The notes under the pieces are model-generated. The model did not search any database. It saw only the letters and a program-made list of their open reading frames with translations, and was not told where the DNA came from. Below, piece by piece: positions 1 to 10,062 of a stretch of 57,133 nucleotides of DNA. A program made the position numbers and the translations under genes. The stretch lies in contig CANNIS010000001.1 of assembly GCA_947505035.1 (NCBI GenBank), positions 1 through 57,133 on the forward strand. Direction: 5' to 3'. The stretch comes from Sphingobacteriales bacterium (GTDB lineage Bacteria; Bacteroidota; Bacteroidia; Sphingobacteriales; Sphingobacteriaceae). Numbering within the stretch: the stretch's first letter is position 1; each line of letters opens with the position of its first letter.

Positions 1-756
1 GTGCTGGTCATTCCAAGTACACCCAAAGAATGTTTCGATCTTACTGCCGATTCGCTTGATTTAGCAGAGCATTTGCAAACGCCAATTATCATGCTGACCG
101 ATTTAGATTTGGGAATGAATGATCATGTTTCGGAACCATTTGTTTGGGAAGATACTAGAAAATATAACAGAGGTAAAGTATTGAATGCCGAAGAATTAGA
201 AAAAATGGGTCGCTTCGGAAGGTATTTAGATGTTGATAATGATGGCATAACTTATCGAACCTATCCAGGTACGCATCCAACCAAAGGTTCGTTTTTTACG
301 CGTGGAACTTCTAGAGATGAATACGCTGTATATACCGAAGACAGTGGTGCTTACATTCAAAATATGGAACGCTTACAATTGAAATGGGAAACAGCAAAAA
401 CATTAGTGCCTACACCAATTATGTATCAAGAAAAAAATAAATCAATAATTGGATTTATATTTTTTGGTACTACTTTATTTGCAGCCGAAGAATCGATGGA
501 TATGTTAGCCGAAAATAATATCACAATAGATGCTATGCGTTTAAGAGCTTTTCCATTTAATAATCAAGTTGTTCAATTTATTGATTCGCACCAAACCATT
601 GTAGTTATTGAGCAAAATAGAGATGCGCAAATGAGAAGTTTATTGATCAATGAGTTGAATTGTAATCCATCAAAAATTAAATCGATTTTAAATTACGATG
701 GTATGCCAATTACAGCAGACATGATCGTTACCCAATTTCACAATTTATCATTATAA
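1..756 (+). CDS. korA: 2-oxoacid (2-oxoglutarate):ferredoxin oxidoreductase alpha subunit, C-terminal part (5' end outside the window)
   Basis: The ORF is open to the window edge. The sequence (TPKECFDL...IIMLTDLDLGMN...) resembles the C-terminal region of KorA/OorA-type subunits and is followed 17 nt later by the TPP-binding beta subunit. Confidence 0.8.
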   Translation: MLVIPSTPKECFDLTADSLDLAEHLQTPIIMLTDLDLGMNDHVSEPFVWEDTRKYNRGKVLNAEELEKMGRFGRYLDVDNDGITYRTYPGTHPTKGSFFTRGTSRDEYAVYTEDSGAYIQNMERLQLKWETAKTLVPTPIMYQEKNKSIIGFIFFGTTLFAAEESMDMLAENNITIDAMRLRAFPFNNQVVQFIDSHQTIVVIEQNRDAQMRSLLINELNCNPSKIKSILNYDGMPITADMIVTQFHNLSL

Positions 757-773
757 GATTAGCCTATTATATT

Positions 774-1826
774 ATGACTTATATAAAACCAAAATTTCGT
801 CATCCTTCTTTGCCTAAAAATGATTTAGGTTATACCAAAACAGTTTACGAAGGTTCCCTCTCTACACTTTGTGCGGGTTGTGGCCACGATTCAATCAGTG
901 CGGCTATTGTACAATCTTGTTACGAATTAGCATTAGAGCCACATCGTATTGCCAAACTTTCGGGTATTGGATGTTCTTCTAAAACGCCTGCTTATTTTTT
1001 GAGTCAATCGCATGGTTTTAATTCTGTGCATGGTAGAATGCCTTCGGTTGCCACCGGTGCCAGTTTAGCCAATAAAGATTTAATTTATTTTGGTGTTTCG
1101 GGCGATGGCGATACCGCGTCTATTGGTATGGGACAATTTGTGCATGTGGTGAGAAGAAATTTAAACATGGTTTATGTTGTCATGAACAATGGATGTTATG
1201 GATTAACCAAAGGACAAGATTCGGCCACTGCAGACGAAGGTTCTAAAAGTAAAGCTGGATCAGTTAATTTATTTAATGCCATTGATTTGCCAAGCTTAGC
1301 GTTAGAACTAGGTGCTTCATTTGTAGCACAAAGTTTTTCTGGCGATAAAGCACAATTGATTCCATTAATTAAAGCGGCCATCAAGCATCCTGGTTTTGCA
1401 CTTATCAATGTCATTTCGCCCTGTGTCACTTTTAATAATAATCCGGGCTCGACTAAAGCATACGATTATGTAAGAGAACACCTCGACGCAACTTCAACAG
1501 TAGACTTTATTCCTTTGCAAGAAGAAATTAGTGTAGCATACGAAGCGGGTTCTACCAAAAGTATCGAATTACACGATGGCTCCTCTTTACAATTAAATAA
1601 ATTAGCAACTAATTGGAATCCCGAAGATAGAATGTCTGCCATGACCGCCATGCAACAAGCAAAATTAGATGGAGAAATTTTAACAGGCTTAATTTTTATT
1701 GAACCCGAAACCACAGATTTGCATGCCATGATACAAACCTCCGATACGCCATTAAATACAATGGATGAATCGCAGTTGTGTCCAGGATCACAAGCGCTCG
1801 AGGCACTCAACGAAGAGTTTAGATAA
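774..1826 (+). CDS. korB: 2-oxoacid:ferredoxin oxidoreductase beta subunit (TPP-binding)
   Basis: CAGCGHDSI, GIGCSSK and the TPP motif GDGD...NNGCYGLTKGQ; tightly follows korA. Confidence 0.85.
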   Translation: MTYIKPKFRHPSLPKNDLGYTKTVYEGSLSTLCAGCGHDSISAAIVQSCYELALEPHRIAKLSGIGCSSKTPAYFLSQSHGFNSVHGRMPSVATGASLANKDLIYFGVSGDGDTASIGMGQFVHVVRRNLNMVYVVMNNGCYGLTKGQDSATADEGSKSKAGSVNLFNAIDLPSLALELGASFVAQSFSGDKAQLIPLIKAAIKHPGFALINVISPCVTFNNNPGSTKAYDYVREHLDATSTVDFIPLQEEISVAYEAGSTKSIELHDGSSLQLNKLATNWNPEDRMSAMTAMQQAKLDGEILTGLIFIEPETTDLHAMIQTSDTPLNTMDESQLCPGSQALEALNEEFR

Positions 1827-1846
1827 AAAAATAGCGCTTATAAGCA

Positions 1847-2599
1847 TTACCTTCCTTCCTCGTTTAAGATATTAGTATTGCTTTTAATGTATTTTAAAAT
1901 AATGTATAATAAAGATGATAAAGCTGCAGCTGTAATGAAGAACCCATTGTAGGTTGTTTTATGTTGCACGTAATTTCCAGCGATATTAAATAAAGCGAAA
2001 ATTAAAAAAGTAGCTGCTAAACCGTTCTTCTCTTTTTTGATTACTTTTTTCCAACTGAAAGGTAAATTTGGTTTTACAAATTTGGCAAAACTTGGAATAA
2101 ATGCAGGTGTTTTAGCTGCCCAGTCGGTATATTGGGTACCGAATTTTTTTCTTAAAAATTGTTCTTCTGCAAACATAATGCGTTCGTAATATACCCAGTA
2201 GAAAAATCCAAAAGCAATATTGAACCACCAATTTTGTGTTAATAAAGCGGGCCCTAACCACATAAAGAAATTTCCTAAATATAAAGGATGACGAAGAGTA
2301 GAATAAATACCGGTAGTATTTACGGTGTCTGCAACTTGCTCCGTTACATTTCTTCCCGAAGTATTGTTTGGTGTATGCCCAACGGTATAGCTTCGAATAT
2401 ATAAGCCTAATAAGCTAATGGCTAAGCAGAAATATTCAAAGTAACTTATTGCTTCTGCTGATTGAAAACAGTTTAAAGTTGGGTTTAATTGCGATTGAAT
2501 ATAAAAGTAAATCGCTATAATTAATATAATAATAGGAAGGCTGCCTCTGTATCTAAAAAGCCAAATACCTTGTGATTCAAATTCTTCTTGTAATGCCAT
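1847..2599 (-). CDS. Isoprenylcysteine carboxyl methyltransferase (ICMT)/phospholipid methyltransferase-family membrane protein
   Basis: Multi-TM protein with an RHPLYLGNFFMWLG...YERIMFAEEQFL motif typical of the ICMT/PEMT-like family. Confidence 0.6.
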   Translation of the reverse strand: MALQEEFESQGIWLFRYRGSLPIIILIIAIYFYIQSQLNPTLNCFQSAEAISYFEYFCLAISLLGLYIRSYTVGHTPNNTSGRNVTEQVADTVNTTGIYSTLRHPLYLGNFFMWLGPALLTQNWWFNIAFGFFYWVYYERIMFAEEQFLRKKFGTQYTDWAAKTPAFIPSFAKFVKPNLPFSWKKVIKKEKNGLAATFLIFALFNIAGNYVQHKTTYNGFFITAAALSSLLYIILKYIKSNTNILNEEGR

Positions 2600-2702
2600 A
2601 GCGGTTAAGGGTATGTTTTATATGATTATATATGCTCGCACAAAATAGGGATATTTTTTTAATTATAATAGCAGAAAGGCCCATTTCATGCAGATCTAAA
2701 CG

Positions 2703-2737
2703 AAAAAAGCCATTGATTAAATCAATGACTTTTTTTA
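2703..2737 (-). terminator. Rho-independent terminator after the 2758..3531 gene
   Basis: Stem CATTGAT/ATCAATG with a 3-nt loop, flanked by A-run and T-run, 20 nt past the stop codon. Confidence 0.5.
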
Positions 2738-2757
2738 AATTATGATTTTATAAAAAA

Positions 2758-3531
2758 TTATGCTTTGTTAATTTGATCAAGTATACTTTGAATTTGTTCT
2801 GCAACAGCTATTTTTTCAGCATCAATTTTTTGACTCATATCTGATTTTGCATGACTAATATCTCTACTCAATTTAGTTTGTGCGTGATGCATTTCATCAT
2901 GAATTTTTTTGTTTAATACTTCTTCCTGTGCGGCTATAATAGCATTCATTGTGTTGATTTTGTTATTCATTACCACAAAAATTACAATTGCTAATACAAG
3001 CGCTAATCCTATGCCAGCATAGGCATAAGTGAATTGCTCATCTGCAATTTCGAGTTTCTTTAATTTTGCTTCTGTCTCTACTCTAAATTCTTCAATAGAA
3101 GTTTGAGTCATTTTTAAAGAATCATTGGTAGTCGCAATTTTAAAATTAGCAGAGCTTAAAATTTCTTCTACGCTAGTCATTTTATTATTTAATTCTTGAA
3201 TAGCTTCAAATTTTCCATCTATTTCAGACCTTAAACTATTTGTAGCTTTTTTTGCTGAATTAGCTGCGCCTTCTACACCTGCAATTCTATCTTCAAAATC
3301 TTTTTTCAATAAATAGGGGGAAGGAAGTTTTTGAACAGATTTCCCTGCTGCTGCTGTCGTAGTTGCTGTCGCTGGGACAGCTGCAACAGTTGTAGTAGTG
3401 GTTACTGGCTTTGTTACTTGTTTTGTTGCAGGACTTGAACTGCCAAGTGGTTTTGATTGAAATTGAGCAAAGCCTTTGTTTACAACAAAGCTAAGGCATA
3501 CAATCAAGATGAGAGATAGTAATCTTTTCAT
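2758..3531 (-). CDS. Hypothetical exported bitopic protein: signal peptide, Thr/Ala-rich linker, coiled-coil segments either side of one TM helix
   Basis: N-terminal signal MKRLLSLILIVCLSFVVNKGFAQ, low-complexity TKPVTTTTTVAAVPATATTTAAAGK, heptad-like charged segments, and TM GIGLALVLAIVIFVV. I recognise no family. Confidence 0.6.
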   Translation of the reverse strand: MKRLLSLILIVCLSFVVNKGFAQFQSKPLGSSSPATKQVTKPVTTTTTVAAVPATATTTAAAGKSVQKLPSPYLLKKDFEDRIAGVEGAANSAKKATNSLRSEIDGKFEAIQELNNKMTSVEEILSSANFKIATTNDSLKMTQTSIEEFRVETEAKLKKLEIADEQFTYAYAGIGLALVLAIVIFVVMNNKINTMNAIIAAQEEVLNKKIHDEMHHAQTKLSRDISHAKSDMSQKIDAEKIAVAEQIQSILDQINKA

Positions 3532-3681
3532 AACAATGATTTTTGTGTTCTCTAATTTAATAAAAAAATATGATTTTGTATATATTTAAAAATATGTTTA
3601 ATGTATTGATAATCAATTATTTATACTTAAAATAGATTAAAAAAATCGTAGATTTGTCTTGAAACACCTATAAATGCTCAA

Positions 3682-3715
3682 AAAAAGGACCTTATTGTTG
3701 AATAAAGTCCTTTTT
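3682..3715 (-). terminator. Rho-independent terminator after the small Lys-rich ORF
   Basis: AAAAAGGAC...GTCCTTTTT stem directly after the stop at 3720, with a T-run on the minus strand. Confidence 0.5.
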
Positions 3716-3719
3716 CGAA

Positions 3720-3824
3720 TTATTTTTTGCTATCTCTTTTTGCTTTTTTATCTGCACGTTTTTCTTTTAAAGATTTAGCAGGTTCTTTTTTTGCTTCTTT
3801 GGTTGGTGATTTTTCTTTTGCCAT
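3720..3824 (-). CDS. Small Lys-rich protein, 34 aa (MAKEKSPTKEAKKEPAKSLKEKRADKKAKRDSKK); below the ORF-track cutoff
   Basis: Hand translation gives ATG at 3824 and TAA at 3720-3722. It lies in an otherwise empty 345-bp intergenic gap and is followed immediately by a terminator hairpin. Confidence 0.4.
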   Translation of the reverse strand: MAKEKSPTKEAKKEPAKSLKEKRADKKAKRDSKK

Positions 3825-3875
3825 GATTTTTGTTGTTTATATAAGACAAGGTAAGTAATATTTTTTAATAGCTGT

Positions 3876-5066
3876 TTATAAAGTAGATTTTATATTTGCA
3901 GCAGCAGAATTTGCACTATTTCTTGCAGATTCGATGCTTTCTGCTCTGGCTAAGCAAACACCCATTCTTCTTTCGCCGTCTACATTTGGTTTACCAAATA
4001 GTCTAATTTGTGTGTTTGGATTTTCTAGCGCTTTTTCTATGCCCGAAAAACTGACCTTATTGGAATTTCCTTTTACTAAAATTACACTGGAGGCAGATGG
4101 TCCATGTTGCACAATATTCGGAATGGGTAAATCTAAAATGGCACGCACATGTAAAGCAAATTCCGAAAGGTCTTGCGAAATCATGGTCACCATTCCAGTG
4201 TCATGTGGTCGTGGTGATAATTCTGAAAAATAAACTTCATCTCCTTTGACAAAAAATTCTACGCCAAATAAACCTTTACCTCCTAATGCGTTTACCACTT
4301 TGCTAGCAATGTCTTGCGCTGCCTTTAAAGCATTTTCCGACATGGGGTGTGGTTGCCAGGACTCTTGGTAATCACCATGTTCTTGACGGTGTCCTATGGG
4401 TGCACAAAAAGAAATGCCAGCTTGATGTTTGATAGTGAGTAAAGTGATTTCATAATCAAAATCGACAAAGCCTTCAATAATTACGCGTCCTTTTCCAGAC
4501 CTTCCACCTTGTTGTGCATATTCCCAAGCAGTCAAAATATCCTCTTGTTTTTTTATTACACTTTGTCCTTTTCCAGAGGAACTCATGATTGGCTTAATAA
4601 CACAAGGTATACCAATCTTAGCAACAGCGATTTCAAATTCTTCGTAGGTACCTGCAAATTCAAATGGAGAGGTTTTTACTTGAAGTTCTTTTGCAGCAAG
4701 CGATCGAATGCCTTCTCTATTCATGGTTAACCAAGTGGCCTTTGCTGTTGGAATAACCGTAAATCCTTCGGCCTCTAATGCAATTAAAGTGTCGGTTGCG
4801 ATGGCTTCTACTTCGGGCACAATATAATCAGGTTTTTCTGCGCGAATAATAGTGGCTAATGCATCACCATCTAACATCGAAACTACATAAGAACGATGTG
4901 CAACTTGCATTGCAGGAGCGTTTGCGTAGCGGTCTACCGCAATTACTTCTACGCCTAATCGTTGAAATTCGATCGCTACTTCTTTGCCTAATTCGCCCGA
5001 ACCCAACAACATCGCTTTTTTGGCGGTGTTGCTAAGTGGTGTTCCAATAGTAATTGTTTTTTCCAT
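3876..5066 (-). CDS. purT: Formate-dependent phosphoribosylglycinamide formyltransferase (GAR transformylase 2)
   Basis: 396 aa. N-terminal [28 protein letters not shown] and an ATP-grasp core; full-length resemblance to PurT. Confidence 0.9.
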   Translation of the reverse strand: MEKTITIGTPLSNTAKKAMLLGSGELGKEVAIEFQRLGVEVIAVDRYANAPAMQVAHRSYVVSMLDGDALATIIRAEKPDYIVPEVEAIATDTLIALEAEGFTVIPTAKATWLTMNREGIRSLAAKELQVKTSPFEFAGTYEEFEIAVAKIGIPCVIKPIMSSSGKGQSVIKKQEDILTAWEYAQQGGRSGKGRVIIEGFVDFDYEITLLTIKHQAGISFCAPIGHRQEHGDYQESWQPHPMSENALKAAQDIASKVVNALGGKGLFGVEFFVKGDEVYFSELSPRPHDTGMVTMISQDLSEFALHVRAILDLPIPNIVQHGPSASSVILVKGNSNKVSFSGIEKALENPNTQIRLFGKPNVDGERRMGVCLARAESIESARNSANSAAANIKSTL

Positions 5067-5380
5067 ACGGAAAAGTAAGCATATTTTTTATGCGTACAAA
5101 AAAAATCATTTAGCTAATGAACGTGTATAATTAATAATGCTCCATAACTCGTCTTGGTCCGTAATTTTCTTTAATATTGACCCAATTAATTAAAGTATTT
5201 AAGTACATTTATGCTTTATTCGTTTTATAGAATTAATTTGATTTATATAAAAAAGGCAAAATGGAAAGATGCATAGCAATTCCATTTCAACTAATCATTA
5301 CAATCTCACAATACCTTTATTTATAGATAAGTCCTATCGAGCAAATTTGATTATTAGAAATCACCAGGGGTATTAATAAT

Positions 5381-6571
5381 ATGAATTATAAAAAATGGAT
5401 TTTAGTATTAATCACTAACTTATTAATTGTTGCATTGTTAGGTTTTTTGATGCGATACAAAATTGCTTTTTCTTTCCCATATCTTGAGCAAAAACATTTA
5501 CAACACGCACATTCACATTTTGCTTTTGCCGCCTGGATTAGCCAAGCATTATATCTTATGTTGATTTATTTTCTAGATCAACATATTCAGTTAAATTGGA
5601 AAAAATACAATTTAATACTAATTGCAAATACGGTTTTTTCTATTGGAATGATGATATCTTTTATATTATATGGGTATCATGTTTCATCAAATACATTTTC
5701 TTTCCTTATTGTTTTAACCGCTGTGCTGTTCAGCTTTTTTTTTATAAAAGACACTTTAAATTTTAAAGAACAAGCTTTTGTGAAGCACTGGTTTTATGCG
5801 GCATTGTTTTTTAATTTCATTTCAAATTTCGGAACATTTTATATAGCTTATTTAATGATAAGCAAATCGTACCAACAAGATGTTCATCTAGCAAGTGTTT
5901 ATTTTTATTTGCATTTTCAATACAATGGCTGGTTTATCTTTTCTTGTTTTGGTTTGATGTGCTATCAGTTATTAAAAAATATGCAAATAAAAAATTCGAT
6001 GACAATTTTCTGGGTATTTTTCTTATCAACTTTCCCCAGTTATTTTTTATCAATTTTATGGTTTAAAATCCCTTTATCACTATATATAATAGTAGTCTTA
6101 TCATCTTTATTGCAGCTACTAACATGGGTCTATTTATTGCTTCAAATTTCAACACATAAAAAGAAGTTTGTATTATCAACCGATAAGTATTTTTCAAGAA
6201 TTGTTTGGGTAATTTTATTTTCGTTTACACTCAAATTAATCTTGCAATTGGTTTCAACCGTTCCATTTATTAGCCATATAGCCTATAGCTTAAGGTCAAT
6301 TGTTATTGCTTATTTGCACTTGGTTTTATTAGTAATCATTTCCATGTTCATACTTCACTATTTATTTAGATATGTTCTGCTCAAATCAATCTCCAAGTAC
6401 ATTTATTATTTTCTAATTATCATCATCATCAATGAGATTTTGTTAGGCATTCAGGGCTTTGCAGGCATGTTTACGATAAGCATTCTAAACATCCAGTATT
6501 ATCTATTTTTCATTAGTATTTTCATTGTATTAAGCGTAATCTCTATTTTTAGGCATATCCAAACTTTATGA
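5381..6571 (+). CDS. Polytopic (~12 TM) membrane protein of unknown family with paired His/Trp motifs
   Basis: About 12 hydrophobic helices. HLQHAHSHFAFAAW is near TM2 and YFYLHFQYNGW near TM6. I recognise no family; the N-terminal FRPFF motif of NnrS is absent. Confidence 0.65.
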   Translation: MNYKKWILVLITNLLIVALLGFLMRYKIAFSFPYLEQKHLQHAHSHFAFAAWISQALYLMLIYFLDQHIQLNWKKYNLILIANTVFSIGMMISFILYGYHVSSNTFSFLIVLTAVLFSFFFIKDTLNFKEQAFVKHWFYAALFFNFISNFGTFYIAYLMISKSYQQDVHLASVYFYLHFQYNGWFIFSCFGLMCYQLLKNMQIKNSMTIFWVFFLSTFPSYFLSILWFKIPLSLYIIVVLSSLLQLLTWVYLLLQISTHKKKFVLSTDKYFSRIVWVILFSFTLKLILQLVSTVPFISHIAYSLRSIVIAYLHLVLLVIISMFILHYLFRYVLLKSISKYIYYFLIIIIINEILLGIQGFAGMFTISILNIQYYLFFISIFIVLSVISIFRHIQTL

Positions 6572-6637
6572 TTAAAGTCATAAAATACTATTGTTTCAAG
6601 TAGTAATTTTAATTAAACAATTAAATAATTAAACATT

Positions 6638-7201
6638 ATGGAAACAATACTTAAATCTATTATCATTTCAGGAATTGTATTATGTACCGCATGTGGTGGC
6701 AATAGTACATCTGAAAATACGAGCAATACAAGTGCTACTGAAACTCCTGCGCAAACTGGTCAATCAGGTGTACAGGATGATGTTTCTAATCCAAATGTAG
6801 TACAAGTTGCAATTGGGAGTAAAGATCATACAACGCTAGTTGCAGCAGTTAAAGCGGGTGAATTAGTAGATGCGTTAAGCAATGCGGGTCCATTTACTGT
6901 ATTTGCTCCAACAAATGCTGCGTTCGATGCATTGCCAGCAGGAACTGTTGAATCGCTATTAACCCCAGAAAAGAAAGATGCGCTAATTGATATTTTACAA
7001 TACCACGTATCTGTTGGAGTTTACAAATTAGAAAATTTACAAGATGGACAATCTATTGGGCAAGTAAATGGTGGTAATGTAATAGTTACTAAAAAAGGAG
7101 AAGATTATTTTGTGAATGGTAAAGCAAAAATCTTAGGTACAGTATTGGCTTCTAATGGTATTATTTATGTTATTGACCAAGTGTTAATCCCAGGGCAATA
7201 A
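6638..7201 (+). CDS. Fasciclin (FAS1) domain lipoprotein
   Basis: Signal peptide with Cys (GIVLCTAC). FAS1 motifs: GPFTVFAPTNAAFDALP, LQYHV, GIIYVIDQVLIP. Confidence 0.85.
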   Translation: METILKSIIISGIVLCTACGGNSTSENTSNTSATETPAQTGQSGVQDDVSNPNVVQVAIGSKDHTTLVAAVKAGELVDALSNAGPFTVFAPTNAAFDALPAGTVESLLTPEKKDALIDILQYHVSVGVYKLENLQDGQSIGQVNGGNVIVTKKGEDYFVNGKAKILGTVLASNGIIYVIDQVLIPGQ

Positions 7202-7232
7202 ATTTATTGAAAATAAAATTTATTGTAAAATA

Positions 7233-7267
7233 AAAAAAGCATGGCATATTAACGCTATGCTTTTTTT
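7233..7267. terminator. Bidirectional terminator between the convergent fasciclin gene and nosY
   Basis: AAAAAAGCAT...ATGCTTTTTT stem flanked by A-run and T-run. Confidence 0.5.
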
Positions 7268-7328
7268 ATATAAGCTAAACTTTATCACGTTCGCAATGAT
7301 ATAGTATTACGCTCAATTCTTGTTAAAT

Positions 7329-8096
7329 TTAATGATCTTTCTTGTTGAATTTTCTTAGTGAAATCATAAAAGGGATAATCATCCATAAAATTAAAAGTGT
7401 GGAGGAAAAGAGTATTCCCCAACCAGTGCCAAATGTTTGTTTGAATACAGCCCCAGTAAATCCAAGCATAGCTGATAAGTCTAGTTGTAGCAGTATAACT
7501 ATTCTTGATAAATCTATAGGATTTAATGCGGCTATTAGGGCAATCCAATTTTCCATTGGATAATCTGCTAGTTGGAATAATAAAAACATAATTAGACCAT
7601 CAAATAACAAAGAGAAAAAAAGCCAAATTAAAATCGACATTCCAATCCCTTTAGCTTTATCTCTAGAAATTATAGAACATAAGAATGCTAAGGATGTAAA
7701 TATTACCGATATAATACAACCTATAAAAATTAGTATAATACCTATCAAATTAGGGCTGTAAAGTAATATTGGAATTCCAGCACCAATTATAAATGAAATA
7801 ATAAGTGATGTATTAAGCCCTAAGTATAAGCTAATCCATATTTTATTTCTTTTTATAGGCTGACTAATTAAAAGCTCTATAAATTCTGAGCTATTATAAA
7901 TGTATATAGTGGAGAATATGATTGCTACTAACGGTACATTGAGTAGTATTAAATTTAACAAACTTAACAGCCCTTTCGATTCGTTATCTTCTAAACTAAA
8001 CATGCTAAATGATAGCATAGCTAACAAAATGGTATAGAATAAAATTATTTTATTTCTTAATATATCTAGTATTACAAATTTAATAATTCTATTCAT
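7329..8096 (-). CDS. nosY: NosY, ABC-2-type permease of the NosDFY system
   Basis: 255 aa, 6 TM, with a 4-nt overlap with the upstream ATPase gene; sits in the nos cluster. Confidence 0.8.
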   Translation of the reverse strand: MNRIIKFVILDILRNKIILFYTILLAMLSFSMFSLEDNESKGLLSLLNLILLNVPLVAIIFSTIYIYNSSEFIELLISQPIKRNKIWISLYLGLNTSLIISFIIGAGIPILLYSPNLIGIILIFIGCIISVIFTSLAFLCSIISRDKAKGIGMSILIWLFFSLLFDGLIMFLLFQLADYPMENWIALIAALNPIDLSRIVILLQLDLSAMLGFTGAVFKQTFGTGWGILFSSTLLILWMIIPFMISLRKFNKKDH

Positions 8097-8803
8097 TTGA
8101 GTTGTGCTTTAAGAATAGTTGAAATAGCTTTAGACAATTTTTCCTCTCCAGTTTTAGTTTTCAGTTCATCGACTGTTTGGTGTATTAGTAATTCACCTTC
8201 TTGCATAAATACAATTTCCGAAACGAGTTCATCAAGATCACTCAATAGGTGAGATGTTATTAAAATTAATTTTCCATTAGATTTTTCTAATAGCATTTTG
8301 TCTTTCAGGATTTCAGCTGAAATCGGATCTAAACCTGCTGTCGGTTCATCTAATATATATACAAGAGGGTTGAACATAAAGGCTAATGCGGCACTTACTT
8401 TTTGGGTTGTACCTCCAGAAAGTGTTCGCATTCTTTTATTTAAAATTTGTTCTAATTTATATGCTTTGTAAAGATCTTCATCAAATGATAGATGACCGCC
8501 TCTAAGTTCTTTCATCATTTCAACTATTTGACCAATACTCATATTTTCAGGATACTTGCCTATTTGCGGCATATATCCTATATAATTTCGGTAATCAGTT
8601 TCGTTGAAAATAGATTTATTATTAAATGTGATTTCTCCCGAATCTGGCAGAACCATACCAAGGATGCTTTTTATAAGTGTTGTTTTCCCACAACCATTCG
8701 GACCGATTAAAGCAATGCATTCCGACTGATTAAATTTAGTTGAAATGCCTTTTAGAACTTCTAATCTATTGTATTTTTTTCTTACTTCTATTAGCTCAAT
8801 CAT
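8093..8803 (-). CDS. nosF: NosF, ABC transporter ATP-binding protein
   Basis: Walker A GPNGCGKTT, signature LSGGTTQK, Walker B ILDEPTAGLD. 4-nt overlaps with both nosD and nosY. Confidence 0.85.
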   Translation of the reverse strand: MIELIEVRKKYNRLEVLKGISTKFNQSECIALIGPNGCGKTTLIKSILGMVLPDSGEITFNNKSIFNETDYRNYIGYMPQIGKYPENMSIGQIVEMMKELRGGHLSFDEDLYKAYKLEQILNKRMRTLSGGTTQKVSAALAFMFNPLVYILDEPTAGLDPISAEILKDKMLLEKSNGKLILITSHLLSDLDELVSEIVFMQEGELLIHQTVDELKTKTGEEKLSKAISTILKAQLK

Positions 8804-10062
8804 ATTACTACTGAATGCATTCTTGGTTTATTATCAATAAAATTTTCTGGAGTTAAGCTAGGTATTATTTTTTCTGATTTGTCTAATAAATTGACCATAA
8901 AACTTCTAAATAATAACATTAGAGATGAATTAGATTCTACCATAACCGAGAATAAACTTAATGGCCGATAGGGGACATCTCCAAATTTATCTTTGTTTAA
9001 ATCATACCCTTCATATTTATCCCAATAATTTTCATTAAAGGTGTTAAGCACTAAACTCCCATTTGTACTGATGTCAAAAGTGTTGCCTAAGAAATTATTC
9101 TCTCGAATAACATTATCCATGCAACTGGCTTGAATTTTCATTCCCCAACCGTTTTCGTTAAATGTATTATGCTCCACTAATATTCTATTAGTCCCTTCCA
9201 TGTAAATGCCAGAAGTATTGTTGATAAATCTATTGTGAAGAATGTAGCTATCCGAAATTTCTTTTAACAACAGACCATAAGCTGCATCACCCCAATTATA
9301 AAGAAAATAATTATTAAACATTTTTACACGGTGGGTAAACATTACAGATACTCCAGCACCATTATTTTTAAACACATTAGAGATATAAGCATCATCATTA
9401 GAAAACATAAAATGAAGTCCGTAACGGATGTTTGCAAAGGAAATATTTCTCCAAATAATAGAATTTGTTACAAATTCGAAATATATGCCATCTCTATGCC
9501 CATTAATTTTATTGCCTACAATAACAATACTATCACTTTTCCAACAATGTATGCCATTTCCTATTTGTTGTTCTTCAACGCCCTTAGCATGTATTCGATT
9601 ATTCTCGATTTTACAATGATTTGCTTGTTGTAAGTATATTCCAAAAAAATTATCGCGAAGTTCGTTGTTCTTGATAATCACATTATCGCAGTTATAAATT
9701 TTTATAGCACCTGGATCATCAAGAGTTGAAAATCCTGAATTCTGAATGATTAAGCCTTGAACTATTACACCACTAGATTTTATACTTAGAATTTCGTATT
9801 TATTTTGTCCATCAAGCACTGGCTTGTTTATTCCTAGTAGCGTAATTTTTTTTTGAATAATGATATTTCCTTCTTTATATGTTCCCTCATGAATAACAAT
9901 GGTGTCTTCATCATGGGCCTCAGACAAGGCTTTTTTTATTTTTTGATGGGAGTATTTAGCCCCTACATGTATATTTTTAGCACAGATAGGCAAGCATATT
10001 ATTAGCAATAAAATTATAAATACTGGAATGCGCATCATTTTTTTGAAAGTAATTCTTCCCAA
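8800..10062 (-). CDS. nosD: NosD, periplasmic parallel beta-helix (CASH-repeat) N2O-reductase maturation protein
   Basis: Repeated N-x-I-x-x-N...GI beta-helix units and signal peptide MMRIPVFIILLLIICLPICA. The true start may be the ATG at 10038, which forms an ATGA overlap with the nosL stop, rather than 10062. Confidence 0.85.
   Translation of the reverse strand: MGRITFKKMMRIPVFIILLLIICLPICAKNIHVGAKYSHQKIKKALSEAHDEDTIVIHEGTYKEGNIIIQKKITLLGINKPVLDGQNKYEILSIKSSGVIVQGLIIQNSGFSTLDDPGAIKIYNCDNVIIKNNELRDNFFGIYLQQANHCKIENNRIHAKGVEEQQIGNGIHCWKSDSIVIVGNKINGHRDGIYFEFVTNSIIWRNISFANIRYGLHFMFSNDDAYISNVFKNNGAGVSVMFTHRVKMFNNYFLYNWGDAAYGLLLKEISDSYILHNRFINNTSGIYMEGTNRILVEHNTFNENGWGMKIQASCMDNVIRENNFLGNTFDISTNGSLVLNTFNENYWDKYEGYDLNKDKFGDVPYRPLSLFSVMVESNSSLMLLFRSFMVNLLDKSEKIIPSLTPENFIDNKPRMHSVVI

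Noticed and set aside
5260-5286. Hairpin AATGGAA-13 nt-TTCCATT in the purT / 12-TM intergenic region
   Set aside because: There is no adjacent T-run in the orientation of any upstream gene, so it is not a terminator. The stem is short and AT-rich and could arise by chance in a 314-bp AT-rich spacer.
7285-7563. ORFs of 87 aa (minus) and 73 aa (plus) at the nosY 3' end
   Set aside because: They overlap the nosY coding frame, which gives a coherent 6-TM ABC-2 permease. There is no support for independent genes.
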